Positions 21,255 to 32,223 of a stretch of 64,000 nucleotides of DNA are shown piece after piece (position 1 is the first letter of the stretch; the number at the start of each line of letters is the position of its first letter). This DNA is from an uncultured Planctomycetaceae bacterium (GTDB lineage: Bacteria > Planctomycetota > Planctomycetia > Pirellulales > PALSA-1355): contig CAWAUV010000005.1 of assembly GCA_963785305.1 (NCBI GenBank), positions 672,001 to 736,000 of the forward strand, given 5' to 3'. The notes under the pieces are model-generated. The model did not search any database, was not told the origin of the DNA, and saw only the letters and a list, made by a program, of their open reading frames with translations. The translations under genes were made by a program, and so were the position numbers.

Positions 21255-24125
21255 GTGCTCCGCTCCGCAAGTGCGTTCCTCGTTGCTTCGACCGCCTCTC
21301 TAATATTCGCGCTCCCGGCGGCGGCCGAGGAAATCCATGTTCGCCCCGACGGCCCGATCCGCACGCTGGCCGATGCCCAGCGTGAAGCGCGCAAGACCAA
21401 ACAAGCGGTCGTCGTTCACGCCGGCACGTATTACCTTCCGGAGACGCTCGTTTTCACGCGCGAGGACTCTGGCGCGGTGTATCAAGCGGCGGAAGGAGAG
21501 GCGGTGGCGATCAGTGGCGGCCGGAAACTTGAATTGCGGTGGGAACCTTACAAGGCGGGCATTCAGCAGGCAAAAACGCCCCCGGGACTGGTGATCGATC
21601 AGTTGTTCGTCAACGGACAGCGACAGTCAATGGCTCGCTATCCTAACTACGACCCGAATGTGCGGCCCTACTTTGGGTTCGCCGCCGACGCCTTCGGCAA
21701 AGCCCGGGCAGAGCGCTGGGCCGATCCGGCCGGCGGTTTTATTCACGCGATGCACGGCGCTCATTGGGGTGGGTTCCACTACCGAATCACGGCTAAGAAC
21801 GCCAACGGCGATGTCGCTTACGAAGGCGGTTGGCAGAACAATCGCCGCTCGGGCCTGCATTCGCACCACCGTTTCGTCGAAAACATCTTCGAAGAACTCG
21901 ACGCGCCGGGCGAATGGTTCCACGATTGCAAGACGGATACTCTCTACCTCATTCCGCCGGAGGGCATCGATCCGAATAAGGCCGCCGTCGAAGTGGCCGG
22001 CCTGCGGCATTTGCTCGAATTCCGCGGTTCCGAGGAGCAGCCGGTGCGGAAGATCAGCCTGCGCGGCTTCGTGCTGCGCCAGGCGGCGCGTACCTTCATG
22101 GATACCAAGGAACCGCTCTTGCGCAGCGACTGGACAATCTACCGCGGCGGCGCTGTCTTGTTCCAAGGCGCCGAGGATTGCGAGATCGAGGATTGCCGGT
22201 TCGAGCAACTTGGCGGCAATGCGATCTTTGTCAGCGGCTACAATCGCCGCCTGACTTTCCGCGGCTGCGATATTCACGACACCGGCGCCACCGCCGTGGC
22301 TTTTGTCGGTGACCCGAAGGCGGTGCGCAACCCGCTCTTCGAATACGGTCAGCGGCAGAACCATGCCGACATCGACAAGACGCCTGGACCTCGCACCGCC
22401 GAATATCCGGCCGAGTGCCTGGTGGAAGACTGTCTCATCCGCGGGTTCGGGCAGGTCGAAAAACAGGCCGCCGGCGTGCAGCTTTCGATGGCCCAGGGGA
22501 TCACGGTCAGCCACTGTTCGATTTACGAGGGCCCGCGCGCCGGGATCAACATCAGCGAAGGGGCCTTTGGTGGGCATGTCATCGAGTTTTGCGACGTATT
22601 CGACACGGTTTTGGAAACGGGAGACCACGGCGCCTTTAACTCCTGGGGCCGTGACCGCTATTGGCAGCTAGGCGGCGCGCCGGAGAAAGAACGGCCCGAC
22701 CTGGCGCTGCTCGACGCCGTGAAACCAAACGTGCTCCGCAACAATCGCTGGCGTTGCGACCACGGCTGGGATGTCGACCTCGACGATGGCTCCAGCAACT
22801 ATGAGATCGTCGACAACCTATTTCTCGCCGGCGGCCTCAAGCTCCGCGAAGGCTATCATCGCAAGGTCTCGAACAACATCGCGGTAAACAACACGCTCCA
22901 TCCCCATGTCTGGTTCGCCGACAGCGGCGATGTGGTCACGCGCAACATCTGGATGCGGGCCTATCAGCCGGCGGCCATGAATCCGAAACTCGAGCATTGG
23001 GGCGAAGAGGTCGACTACAACCTATTCACAAGCAGCGAGGCCGATCGGATAAAGTTTGCCGATCACGGCTGCGACGCCCACTCCCTTGTCGGCGATGCGA
23101 AATTCATCGATCCGGAGAAGGGCGACTTCCAGGTCCGAGAAGGCTCTCCCGCGCTCAAGCTTGGCTTTCAGAACTTCCCGATGAATACGTTTGGGGTGCG
23201 AAAAGCCGCGCTCCGGTCGATCGCCCGCGCGCCGGAAATCCCGCGGCTCCATTCCGCGGGATCGCGAGAGGAAGAAACCGCCAAGTCCGGCTCGCAAGCT
23301 CCCCGCCAAAGCCTTCCCGCCGCGTGGCAGGCAGCCGCGGTCCGCGGTCTCGAGGGCGAACAATACTCGGCTTACGGAGTGAGCAAGGAATCCGGGGGAG
23401 TGGTCCTCAGCCACATCTCGGCCGGTTCTCCCTTGGTGTCAGCGGGCCTCAAGGCCGACGACTTGATCCAAGCGGTCAACGGATCCGCGGTGCATACAGT
23501 TGCCGAACTGTGGCAAGCCACCAATGCGGCAGCGGGTCGGCCGCTTGTGCTGGAGACCTTCCGAGCGCAGATGCCGCGCTGCGCGGAGTTGACGGATTAC
23601 GTATACACGATTTCAGAAGCGTCCAACACGAGTCAATTCGAGAGAGCGCCGATCGTCGCCGACCCCCTGCCAATCGTCCGGATCGCCACGCGGCCCGCCA
23701 CCCTCAACGAGCCCATCGCGAGTCTGTATGACGGCAAACTGGCGACAAACTACGGGCCGATTTTTGGTAATTCGGTAACGCAAGGAATCTACAAGGTCGA
23801 TCTGGGCCGAACCGCGTCGCTGAGTCAGGTGAACACTTGGTCGTTTCACCAAGCCGATCGCCGCGGCTCGCAACAGTTTCTGCTGCTGGGGAGCAACAGC
23901 CCCAGCGACCCGGGCTGGAACGCCGCCGATCCCAAACTCTTTACGCCGATCGCCGAAGTGACGGCGGCCGCCGACGCGCGGTTTCTCGCCACCAGCGTGC
24001 GACGAACCGGCGGGCGCTCGTTAGGAACATTTCGCTGGCTGATCTGGGTCGCGATTCCGCTAAACCAGACCGGCGAGAACACGGCATTTCAGGAATTTCA
24101 GGTTGTCCCGCTAAACGGGAATTAA
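21255..24125 (+). CDS. Right-handed beta-helix glycoside hydrolase (GH141-like) with PDZ and C-terminal beta-sandwich domains
   Basis: LFVNGQRQSMARYPN, ENIFEELDAPGEW, PRAGINI, ETGDHGAFNSWGRDR and DLDDGSSNY motifs; PDZ-like AGLKADDLIQAVNG. Confidence 0.8.
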   Translation: MLRSASAFLVASTASLIFALPAAAEEIHVRPDGPIRTLADAQREARKTKQAVVVHAGTYYLPETLVFTREDSGAVYQAAEGEAVAISGGRKLELRWEPYKAGIQQAKTPPGLVIDQLFVNGQRQSMARYPNYDPNVRPYFGFAADAFGKARAERWADPAGGFIHAMHGAHWGGFHYRITAKNANGDVAYEGGWQNNRRSGLHSHHRFVENIFEELDAPGEWFHDCKTDTLYLIPPEGIDPNKAAVEVAGLRHLLEFRGSEEQPVRKISLRGFVLRQAARTFMDTKEPLLRSDWTIYRGGAVLFQGAEDCEIEDCRFEQLGGNAIFVSGYNRRLTFRGCDIHDTGATAVAFVGDPKAVRNPLFEYGQRQNHADIDKTPGPRTAEYPAECLVEDCLIRGFGQVEKQAAGVQLSMAQGITVSHCSIYEGPRAGINISEGAFGGHVIEFCDVFDTVLETGDHGAFNSWGRDRYWQLGGAPEKERPDLALLDAVKPNVLRNNRWRCDHGWDVDLDDGSSNYEIVDNLFLAGGLKLREGYHRKVSNNIAVNNTLHPHVWFADSGDVVTRNIWMRAYQPAAMNPKLEHWGEEVDYNLFTSSEADRIKFADHGCDAHSLVGDAKFIDPEKGDFQVREGSPALKLGFQNFPMNTFGVRKAALRSIARAPEIPRLHSAGSREEETAKSGSQAPRQSLPAAWQAAAVRGLEGEQYSAYGVSKESGGVVLSHISAGSPLVSAGLKADDLIQAVNGSAVHTVAELWQATNAAAGRPLVLETFRAQMPRCAELTDYVYTISEASNTSQFERAPIVADPLPIVRIATRPATLNEPIASLYDGKLATNYGPIFGNSVTQGIYKVDLGRTASLSQVNTWSFHQADRRGSQQFLLLGSNSPSDPGWNAADPKLFTPIAEVTAAADARFLATSVRRTGGRSLGTFRWLIWVAIPLNQTGENTAFQEFQVVPLNGN

Positions 24126-24424
24126 CCGCCTGTGGAATCTTGCGATTGGCCGCTCGCCAAGCATCGGCGGAAACATCCGATTGGCCTGCGATTTCCGCGC
24201 TCGCGGAGCATACGTCGTCGGGCCGTCGCCTCAAGAGGCGGCGGGTAATCGCCAGCCATAGTGCAAATCGAGGCCGACGACTGTGGAGTTCGGGGAGCGA
24301 ATCCGGAAATGTCCGACGCGGCCGGGAACCGTTCGCCCGAGAACCCAGGGAACACCAAGTGCGCAAGCGAAGCACAGGCCTTCGCATTCGCCGTGTAATG
24401 GATTCGCAATGCAAAAAAGCGAAG

Positions 24425-24497
24425 TGCTCCCTGTTGGAGTCGAACCAACAACCCTCTGATTAAGAGTCAGATGCTCTGCCGATTGAGCTAAGGGAGC
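24425..24497 (-). tRNA. tRNA-Lys (CTT)
   Basis: GCTCCCTTAGCTCAATCGGCAGAGCATCTGACTCTTAATCAGAGGGTTGTTGGTTCGACTCCAACAGGGAGCA; CCA not encoded. Confidence 0.97.
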
Positions 24498-24786
24498 GGG
24501 CGAGATGGCCGCCAAGAGCGAGCAGTTTACCGCATTTGACGGCCGACACGCAAGAGGCGATCGCGCGGCGCGAATTGGGAAAGCGCGGCTTGGTCAGGTC
24601 GCCAAGGCCATCGGGGCACGCGGCTTCATGCGATCTCTCGACTCGGGATCCATACGTCGGTCCGCATCACGCGGCCCAAGGCGCCGCGGCGCGGCGTCTC
24701 GGCTTGCCAATCTCGACCGACGCAATCAAACTGGAGCCACTTCCAACCGCCCCATTCTCGTCTCGCTTCGATAAGGCCTCGAAACC

Positions 24787-25677
24787 ATGCCCAAGCTTGC
24801 CGCGTTTCCCAAAGCGTTTATTGACGATCTGTGCATCAATGGTCAGATGACCATCGAAGATTGGATCAATCTGGCCTCGAGCCTGGATATCGATGGACTC
24901 GAGTTCTACGCCGGCTTTCTCGAACTGGCCGACGCTTCGTCGTGGGGACGCTGGAAGGAGATCGCGCTCGACGCGGCGCTCGAAATCCCCATGCTCTGCT
25001 GCTCGCCCGACTTCACGCATCCCGACCCAAAATTCCGCGCCGCCCAGGTCGATCAGGAAAAACGCTGGATCGATCTCACGGTCGCGCTCGGCGGCCAATA
25101 TTGCCGGGTGCTCTCGGGCCAGCGGCGACCCGAGGTGAGCCGGGCCGAAGGAATTCGCTATGCCGCCGAATCGATCGAGGCATGCTTGCCCCATGCGGCG
25201 GCCTCGGGCGTGACGCTGATTCTGGAAAATCACTACAAGGACAACTACTGGCAGTTCCCCGAGTTCGCCCAAAAGACGGACGTGTTCTGCGAACTGGTCG
25301 ACCGGATTCAGTCGCCCAACTTCGGCGTGAACTACGATCCCAGCAACACGATTCTGGCGGGCGAAGACCCGCTCGAACTGCTGCGGCGAGTGAAGCATCG
25401 CGTGGTCACGATGCACGCCAGCGACCGCTATCTGGCCGAGGGCACGATCGAGGACCTGCGGCGCGAGGAAGATAGCGTCGGCTACGCCAAGCGCCTACGG
25501 CACGGCGAAATCGGCAAGGGGCTCAACGACTACGACGCAATCTTCACCGAGCTAGCCGAAGCCGGCTTCAATGGCTGGATCAGCATCGAAGACGGCGTCG
25601 AAGGCATGGCTCAACTCGAAGCCAGCGCCACGTTCCTGCGACTCAAGATCGCCGAGCACTGGCCCTATAAAGGCTGA
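24787..25677 (+). CDS. Sugar phosphate isomerase/epimerase (xylose-isomerase-like TIM barrel)
   Basis: LILENHYKD, VNYDPSN, TMHASD and WISIED metal-binding pattern. Confidence 0.88.
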   Translation: MPKLAAFPKAFIDDLCINGQMTIEDWINLASSLDIDGLEFYAGFLELADASSWGRWKEIALDAALEIPMLCCSPDFTHPDPKFRAAQVDQEKRWIDLTVALGGQYCRVLSGQRRPEVSRAEGIRYAAESIEACLPHAAASGVTLILENHYKDNYWQFPEFAQKTDVFCELVDRIQSPNFGVNYDPSNTILAGEDPLELLRRVKHRVVTMHASDRYLAEGTIEDLRREEDSVGYAKRLRHGEIGKGLNDYDAIFTELAEAGFNGWISIEDGVEGMAQLEASATFLRLKIAEHWPYKG

Positions 25678-25826
25678 TGTCCGCTCGCGACGAAGCGGCG
25701 AATCGTGTGGCCATGATCGGCATCCGATTTGCACCGACTGGCTCCGCACACGCTCGACGCGGCTCTCAAGGCGCGCCGCGAGCGCGATTTGCAGTCTCAC
25801 CGTCATTGCATTTGGAGGGCGATATC

Positions 25827-26135
25827 ATGCCACGCGGCGATAAAACCAAGTACACCGACAAACAAAAACGGCAAGCCGAGCATATTGAAGAAGGCTACGA
25901 GGATCGCGGCGTTCCCGATAAAGAAGCGGAGCGTCGAGCCTGGGCCACCGTGAACAAGGAAACCCACGGCGGCAAGAAATCGGGCTCGGGTCGTGGCAAG
26001 AAAACCGACACGTCGAGCTCCAAGAAAGGCGGCAAGCTCGGGGGCGCCGCGTCAGCCGCGAGGCCAGCCAAGGCGCGCAGCGCGGCGGCCAAGAAAGCCG
26101 CCGCCACGCGTGCCCGCAAGCGCTCGGGCGATTAG
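25827..26135 (+). CDS. Small basic protein of the 'plasmid stabilization protein' type (MPRGDK..YTDKQKRQAEHIEEGYE family)
   Basis: GGAGG RBS; conserved EAERRAWATVNK.GGKKSGSGRG motif and K/A-rich tail. Confidence 0.8.
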   Translation: MPRGDKTKYTDKQKRQAEHIEEGYEDRGVPDKEAERRAWATVNKETHGGKKSGSGRGKKTDTSSSKKGGKLGGAASAARPAKARSAAAKKAAATRARKRSGD

Positions 26136-26258
26136 ACGATTCCCAAAATGATGCCGAGGGCGTTGGGCGTCGTGGCCGTGGCGCCTCGGGGGCGTGGCGC
26201 GAAGCCAGTTTGGATCGACGGAGTTCATCGCGCGCCTCCGACCCCACAAGTCGCCGCT

Positions 26259-27230
26259 TCAAACGCCCCCGGGCGCGGCGACAAAGCGATCGCCGACTTT
26301 GGGTCCGTAGCCGTTGATGAACTCCTGGGCCGCGAGCACTCGCTTGCCCTGCGGCTGTAATTTGTCGATGCGCAGAAATTCGCGGCCGGTGGCGACCGTC
26401 AATCGCGATGGCTCGACGACGACAATGGTTCCCGGCGCCGCTTCCAGGGTCGGGCCCTCGCAGACAGCAACCCGGTCGAGGATCACGCGCAGCGGCTCCC
26501 CGGGGACCGTTGCCCGTTGCAAGAACGAAAACGTCTTGGGCCAAGGCTGTAGTGCCCGCACTTGGTTATGAATCTCGGCCGCCGATCGAGACCAATCGAC
26601 AAGGCCATCGTTCTTTTCCAGCCGGCGGGCCTTGGTCGCCAGGGAGGCGTCTTGGGCGATCGGCGCCTGCGCCCGGCGGCCAGCAAGTCGCAGCAGCGGC
26701 ATACCAACTCGGCGCCCAATTCGGCGAGCCGCGGTTCGAGTTCGGCGGCCGTTTCATCGCGACCGATCGGCGTCGATACCTGGCCGATTGCCGGACCGGC
26801 GTCGAGCCGCGGGGTCATGTGAATCACGGTCACGCCGGTGATTTCCTCGCCATGGTAGATCGCCCAATTTATCGGCGCCGCTCCACGATACGCCGGCAAA
26901 AGCGAGGCATGCAGATTGATTCCGCCCAGCCGGGCCACGGCCAACGTGTCGCGCTTGAGAATCTGTCCGTAGTCGCACACCACGAACAACTCGGGCCGAA
27001 ACTCGCGAAGCATTTCGACACTCTCGGCGGCGTTGATGTCCGCCGGATCGATCACCGGTGCGCCATGTTCCTGGGCCAGCGCTCGGCACGGATTGACATC
27101 GCCCGCCGCCTTGCCATGGACCGGTCTGCGCGGGACGCACGACCACCGCCACGATCTCATGCGCGCCGCGAAAGAGCGTTCGCAATGTCGGGGCGGCAAA
27201 CGGGCCATTGCCCATCATCAGTAAACGCAT
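26259..27230 (-). CDS. fmt: Methionyl-tRNA formyltransferase (frameshifts near 27135 and 26670)
   Basis: MRLLMMGNGPFA, VVCDYGQIL, INLHASLLPAYRGAAPINWAI, LDAGP, IHNQVRALQPWP and LQPQGKR motifs. Confidence 0.93.
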
Positions 27231-27274
27231 CGCCGCTCCTGGCCGTTCGGGAATTTCGCTCGCGGGCAAAGGCT

Positions 27275-28090
27275 TCACGGGCTACCGGCGGCGACATTCG
27301 GCGAATCGTTTGCCCCGGCGGGCCGCGACGCGCCCGCTGGCGCTTTGCGAAGCGATTCGACTTCGGCGGTAAGCGATTTAATCAGCTCGCCACTTTCCTC
27401 GAGCAACTGATCGCGGCGGCGAACTTCGGCCTGGAGCCGAGCGATCACTTTTTCGAAGGCCGACAATTGCGCTTCCAGCATCCCGAGCCGATCGCGCGGC
27501 GCGAGCGCGGGCGGATCGGATTCGCCGGCCAACGAAAGCTCCGCGACATAGGCGCCACGGTGGCCAAACTTCGCCTCTTCGGCCGCCTCGCGCACACTGG
27601 GCGGCGCCAGCGCCGGCTGAGCCAATTCCGCTTGCCGAGTAATCGGTTGGCCCGTGGGAGACATCGCGCTGTCGAACTTACGCGGTTCGATTGCCGCCCG
27701 CTCAATCGTCAACGGTTCGCTGCTTCGCAGTTCGGCGGTTCGATGTTCGGCCGCGCGGCGATGCGCAACCCACCATACGCTGCCGGTCATCAACATGGCT
27801 GCGGCCGTGATTCGCAAGAGCCGCCATCCCACGGCGCTCGGCTCGCTGGCGATCCGGTTCGGCGCCGGATATCGCGACTCGAGGAAAGCCGCCTCGGCCG
27901 CCAGCTGCGCCGCGAGCTCTCCCAGATCGTCGGGCAAGTCCAACTCCTCGGGAGTTTCGTGGGCCAATGCGATCTTGGCCGGGCGATCCGGGGCCTGCTG
28001 CTCATTGCGAGGCGCCAGCGGACTCGTGGGCGAATTCCGTTCGCTCCCCGACGATTCGTCGGGACGCAGGATACGCGGTTCAAACGCCAT
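27275..28090 (-). CDS. Putative anti-sigma factor / membrane protein with C-terminal coiled coil
   Basis: Overlaps the stop of the ECF sigma gene; single TM segment (ITAAAMLMTGSVWWVA). Confidence 0.6.
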   Translation of the reverse strand: MAFEPRILRPDESSGSERNSPTSPLAPRNEQQAPDRPAKIALAHETPEELDLPDDLGELAAQLAAEAAFLESRYPAPNRIASEPSAVGWRLLRITAAAMLMTGSVWWVAHRRAAEHRTAELRSSEPLTIERAAIEPRKFDSAMSPTGQPITRQAELAQPALAPPSVREAAEEAKFGHRGAYVAELSLAGESDPPALAPRDRLGMLEAQLSAFEKVIARLQAEVRRRDQLLEESGELIKSLTAEVESLRKAPAGASRPAGANDSPNVAAGSP

Positions 28091-28642
28091 CGCGAACCCT
28101 TTCGTTCGGCCAGGGACCTTCGACCAATTCGTTCCAATCGTCGCGCATCAAGCGGCGGAGCGCTTCGAGGCCGTTGAAAATGCGCGACTTCACGGTGCCG
28201 ACCGGGCAGCCCAGCACCTGGGCGATTTCGTCGTAGGGCAGATGTTCGCTGAAGCGCAACATCAGCGCATGCCGCTGACCATCGGGCAGGCGTGCGCCAC
28301 TTGGCTCCATAAGCCGCGGCGCCATTCGCTCGCCTCGAGCCGCTCGTCGGCGGCCGGCGCGGCGGGCGGAGCGTGCGACTGCGTGTCCCAGAGCACGCGA
28401 AGTTTTCCGCGCCGCAGTCCCGCTCGGCGGCGCTCGCGGCGGTCGAGATTGAGCAAGATGCCGTAGAGCCACGTATAAAGTTTGCTGCGTCCCTCGAAGG
28501 CCTCGCGCTGGGCGGCGAAAGTTAAAAAAGTTTCTTGCGCCAGGTCGTCGGCGTCCCAAGGATTGCCGGTGAGCATCAGCGCCGCGCGGCGGATGCGGGC
28601 AAAATGCTCCTGGCTGGCGCTGGCTAAATCGACTTCCGGCAC
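28080..28642 (-). CDS. ECF RNA polymerase sigma factor (frameshift near 28290)
   Basis: DADDLAQETF, FEGRSKLYTWLYGI and YDEIAQVLGCPVGTVKSRIFNG motifs. Confidence 0.9.
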
Positions 28643-29079
28643 GGCGGCGGTTTCCCAAGAGCGCAAGGGACGATTAGAAGCAACTCGCACGGGTGATTCT
28701 CGTACCTATTCTAATTCGACCCTTCGACTCTGCCTACGCGCTAATCCGCGCGACCCGCACACAAGCGCCCCGGGCCTGGCTCGGGGGTTACGAATTCGTG
28801 ACTTGAGACCCAGAAAAAGTTCACCGCGGATTGCATCGGGCTCGGTTTTGGCCGAGAGTTGACTATAACTTACCAACTGCCGGAGCGCCGCCGCCGCAAG
28901 GCCGAACAATCCGGCGGGCCACGCGACGCTCAAGCAACGCGGCGCGTCGTCGAGCGACCTTTTTGAATCGATGTTTTTCGCGAGAGAATCGCGTTTTTTG
29001 CTAGACATATAATTGGCGAGCCCCGGGCCATCGCCCGCCGCCCTTTCGCCGCGGGCGGCTTCCTCCAGGAGCGAATGCG

Positions 29080-30571
29080 TTGAAAATTCTGATCGCCACC
29101 AGCGAAGCGGCGCCCTTGGCAAAGACCGGCGGACTGGCCGATGTTTGCGGCGCCTTGCCCTTGGAGCTCGCCAAGCTCGGACACGATGTCACGCTGATCT
29201 TGCCCGCTTATCGGCAGACTCGCGACGCCGGGCTCGAGATCAAGACCACCGGTGTCGATTTCAATATTCCCATCGGCAGCAAGCTGGTCGCCGGTTCGTT
29301 CTTGGAAACCACGCTCGGCAATGGCGCGGTGCGGGTGCTGCTCACGCGTCAAGACACGTACTTCGACCGCGACGAGCTCTATCGCTCGGCCGGCCGCGAT
29401 TTTCGCGACAATTCCGAACGCTTCATTTTCTTCTCGCGGTCGGTGCTCGAGGCGATCCGGTTGCTGCGGCTCGAAGTCGATGTGCTCCATGTCAATGACT
29501 GGCAGACCGGGCTGGCGCCCGCCTTTCTCAAGATCGAATATCGCAACACCGCCGGGTTCGAGCGGATCGGCACTTTGTTCACCATTCACAACATGGCCTA
29601 TCAGGGAGTGTTCTGGCACTGGGACATGCTCCTCACCGGCCTCGACTGGAAATACTTCAACTGGCAACTCCTCGAGTTCTACGGCAATCTGAACTTCCTG
29701 AAGACCGGGCTCGTGTTCGCCGACCGACTCAACACGGTAAGCCCCCGATATGCCGAGGAGATTCAAAGCCCGCCGCTCGGCTGCGGGCTCGAAGGAGTGC
29801 TCAGCCTAAGACGCGAAGCGCTCTCGGGCATCATCAACGGCATCGACACCGAGGTCTGGAACCCGGCGACCGACCCGAACTTGGCGGCGCACTACAGCGC
29901 CGCCGATCCCTGGAGCGGCAAGGCCAAGTGCAAAGCCGCGCTTCAGCAAACCTTGGGCTTGCCGATCGAACCGGCCACGCCGATCCTGGGATTCATCGGC
30001 CGCATGGTCGAGCAGAAAGGCATCGACCTGATCGTGAAGGTGATGCAGGAAACGACGCCCCAGCAAAACACGCAATGGGTCCTGCTCGGCTCGGGCGACT
30101 CGCATTATCAAGAATCGATCGATCAGCTTCGGCGCCGATGGCCGCGCCAGGTGGCCACCTGCTTCGATTTTTCGAATCCGCTGGCGCACCAGATCGAAGC
30201 CGGGGCCGACATCTTCTTGATGCCCAGCCATTTCGAGCCGTGTGGGTTGAATCAACTCTATAGCTTGCGCTATGGCACTCCGCCGGTCGTGCGAGCCGTG
30301 GGCGGGCTCTATGACACGGTGGTCGACGCCCCGGCCGATCCGACCGCCGCCGCGTCGGCGCCGGCTTCGTGTTCCACGATTACTCATCGCTCGCGCTGGG
30401 CGACGCGGTGCGCCGGCGCTGGCCATGTATGCGCAGCCCGAGGCCTGGCGCCGGCTGGTGCTCGCGGGCATGAGCCAAGACTGGTCATGGCGCAAGAGCG
30501 CCGAGAAATACGTGGAGCAATACGAGCAAATCGCCGCCCTCCGCCCCGCCAAGTCGGGAACCTACCGCTAA
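29080..30571 (+). CDS. glgA: Glycogen synthase (frameshifts near 30360-30420)
   Basis: KTGGLADV, HVNDWQTG, FTIHNMAYQG, QKGIDL and MPSHFEPCGLNQLYSLRYGT motifs; C-terminus MSQDWSWRKSAEKY in another frame. Confidence 0.95.
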
Positions 30572-30620
30572 CGGCCCCGGGCTGCTCGCCAATCGCCCGG
30601 AAATCCAAGACCCTGTCCCA

Positions 30621-30659
30621 CAACTCCGCCTCTCCCCTTGGGAGAGGGCAGGGTGAGGG
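30621..30659. repeat. REP-like palindromic repeat, copy 2
   Basis: CAACTCCGCCTCTCCCCTTGGGAGAGGGCAGGGTGAGGG, similar to 544-582; downstream of the glgA stop. Confidence 0.6.
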
Positions 30660-30876
30660 TCCCCTCGCTTCCCTTTGGGAGAGCGTAGAGCGATCGCCCG
30701 CCGGAAGCCGTCCAACGCCGTCCGCGCGGCGCATCGATCACAAACGAGCCGCGGCCCCCGGTTGCGTTTGGTGGCCCCGCGCTCCCATAATCCAGCCCAG
30801 CGGCGGCGGGCGACCCGCCGATGGAATGGATTGATTCAGGGGGCGGGAAGCATATGGCGAAGAAGAAGGCGGTTAA

Positions 30877-32220
30877 GGATCAGCCGAAAAATAACTTCCC
30901 GGGAATTTGTTTCATGGGTTTGGCGGTGTAGTTTAGCAGGGGTAGCTGTTCGTCGAACTTGATCGGCATCATTTCGCGAAATGCGGTGGTTACTTTTCGC
31001 TTCAGTTGATAGGCCTTATCCATAATGTTCACCGAGACTTTGAGGCCGGTGCTGGTATGAGTTCGTTCGATACACTTCTTCGCCAAGTCGATGCCGCGGA
31101 GCACGATGCCCGACAGGGCGCGCGAGACGTGGGGAAACAGGCGATGTTCGATCGGATTGTACTTGGAACAGTAAGGAAGATAATGCGCCACGCGGATCGG
31201 CAGGCCGATCTGATTGGCCAGGCATTGCAGGTCTTGTTTGAAAATCCGATGCCGACAATTATTGCTACCGCCCGCGTCGCAAAAGAGCAGGATCGAAGTG
31301 GCGTGGGGATAGGTCGCTTGGCCCGTGGTTTGCCACCAGCCGAAGACGCAATCGCGGACGAACTCGCTCGTGTCGTGACTCACGCCCAGCGTGATATGGC
31401 CCAGGTTCGTGGCCAGATCGTAGATGCCATGCGGAACCAGTTGGAGTTGGCCGGGTCGCTTGAAGTCGTGGTCGAGCACGCGGTTTGGGCCGTCGGACCA
31501 AGCCCGGCCGTCGGGCTGAAACTCGCCGATCGGCTCCTTTTTCTTGGTGTCGATGCTGAGAGCCGGGTTGCCGGCGTCGAGATACTCGGCTTTCAAGGCG
31601 GCGATTTTTTCGAATTGCTCGTCGCGAAATTCACAGACGCCGAGTGCTTTCGTTTTCTCGGGCCGTCGCAACGAGAAGCCGCCATCGACGAGCAGTTGGC
31701 GCACCGTATCCCCGCGGATCGGCGTGCCGCGGTCGTCCAAGGCGGTGGCGATTTCGGCGGGCGTGAGATTGGTCCAGGTCACGTCCTCGCGCATCGGATC
31801 GCCCGCCGTGTGTTCGTCGACGATCTCGATCAAGTTTTCGGCGATGGCGGGGTTGCTATCAAGACAGCACTTGCGTCCCCCCTTTTTTACGCACGCGTCC
31901 GGCGGCCGGATCGCGCGGCAATTGGCCGACGTCGGCCGTCCCGCGCCGCACGGTTTTGGGATCGCAGTCGAACAGCTTGGCAATATATTCCCCGCCGCCG
32001 CGACCCAACTTTCGCGCCTCGATTCCCGCATACCGCCGCCGATCTTTCTCGGACAACGATTGATAAAAACACTTCATCTCGTGTTCGATTTCGGGGGAAT
32101 ACATGCGCTCGGCCCTCCTATATTCCAGATCAATCCCACGGACCCAGCCCCGGCGGCTGACGACGAAAACTCAGAATAACATTTGAAAAACCTCCCGGAA
32201 AGTTATTTTTCGGGCGATCC
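30877..32220 (-). mobile_element. Complete ISAzo13-family insertion sequence
   Basis: Terminal inverted repeats GGATCAGCCGAAAAATAACTTCCCGGGA and GGATCGCCCGAAAAATAACTTTCCGGGA; 3-bp direct repeat TAA at 30874-30876 and 32221-32223. Confidence 0.93.
30880..32104 (-). CDS. ISAzo13-family (Rhodopirellula-type) DDE transposase in two frames joined at an A6G6 run
   Basis: orfA LSEKDRRRYAGIEA..LGRGG; orfB SIDTKKKE, DHDF, CDAGGSN and SKYNPIEHRLF; junction at 31877-31888. Confidence 0.92.
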
Positions 32221-32223
32221 TAA

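Noticed and set aside
18271..24497. Integrative element or prophage att sites at tRNA-His or tRNA-Lys
   Set aside because: No duplicated tRNA 3' end, integrase or phage gene was found by eye in the window.
26408..28177. 589-aa + strand ORF
   Set aside because: Arg-rich antisense shadow of fmt and the anti-sigma gene.
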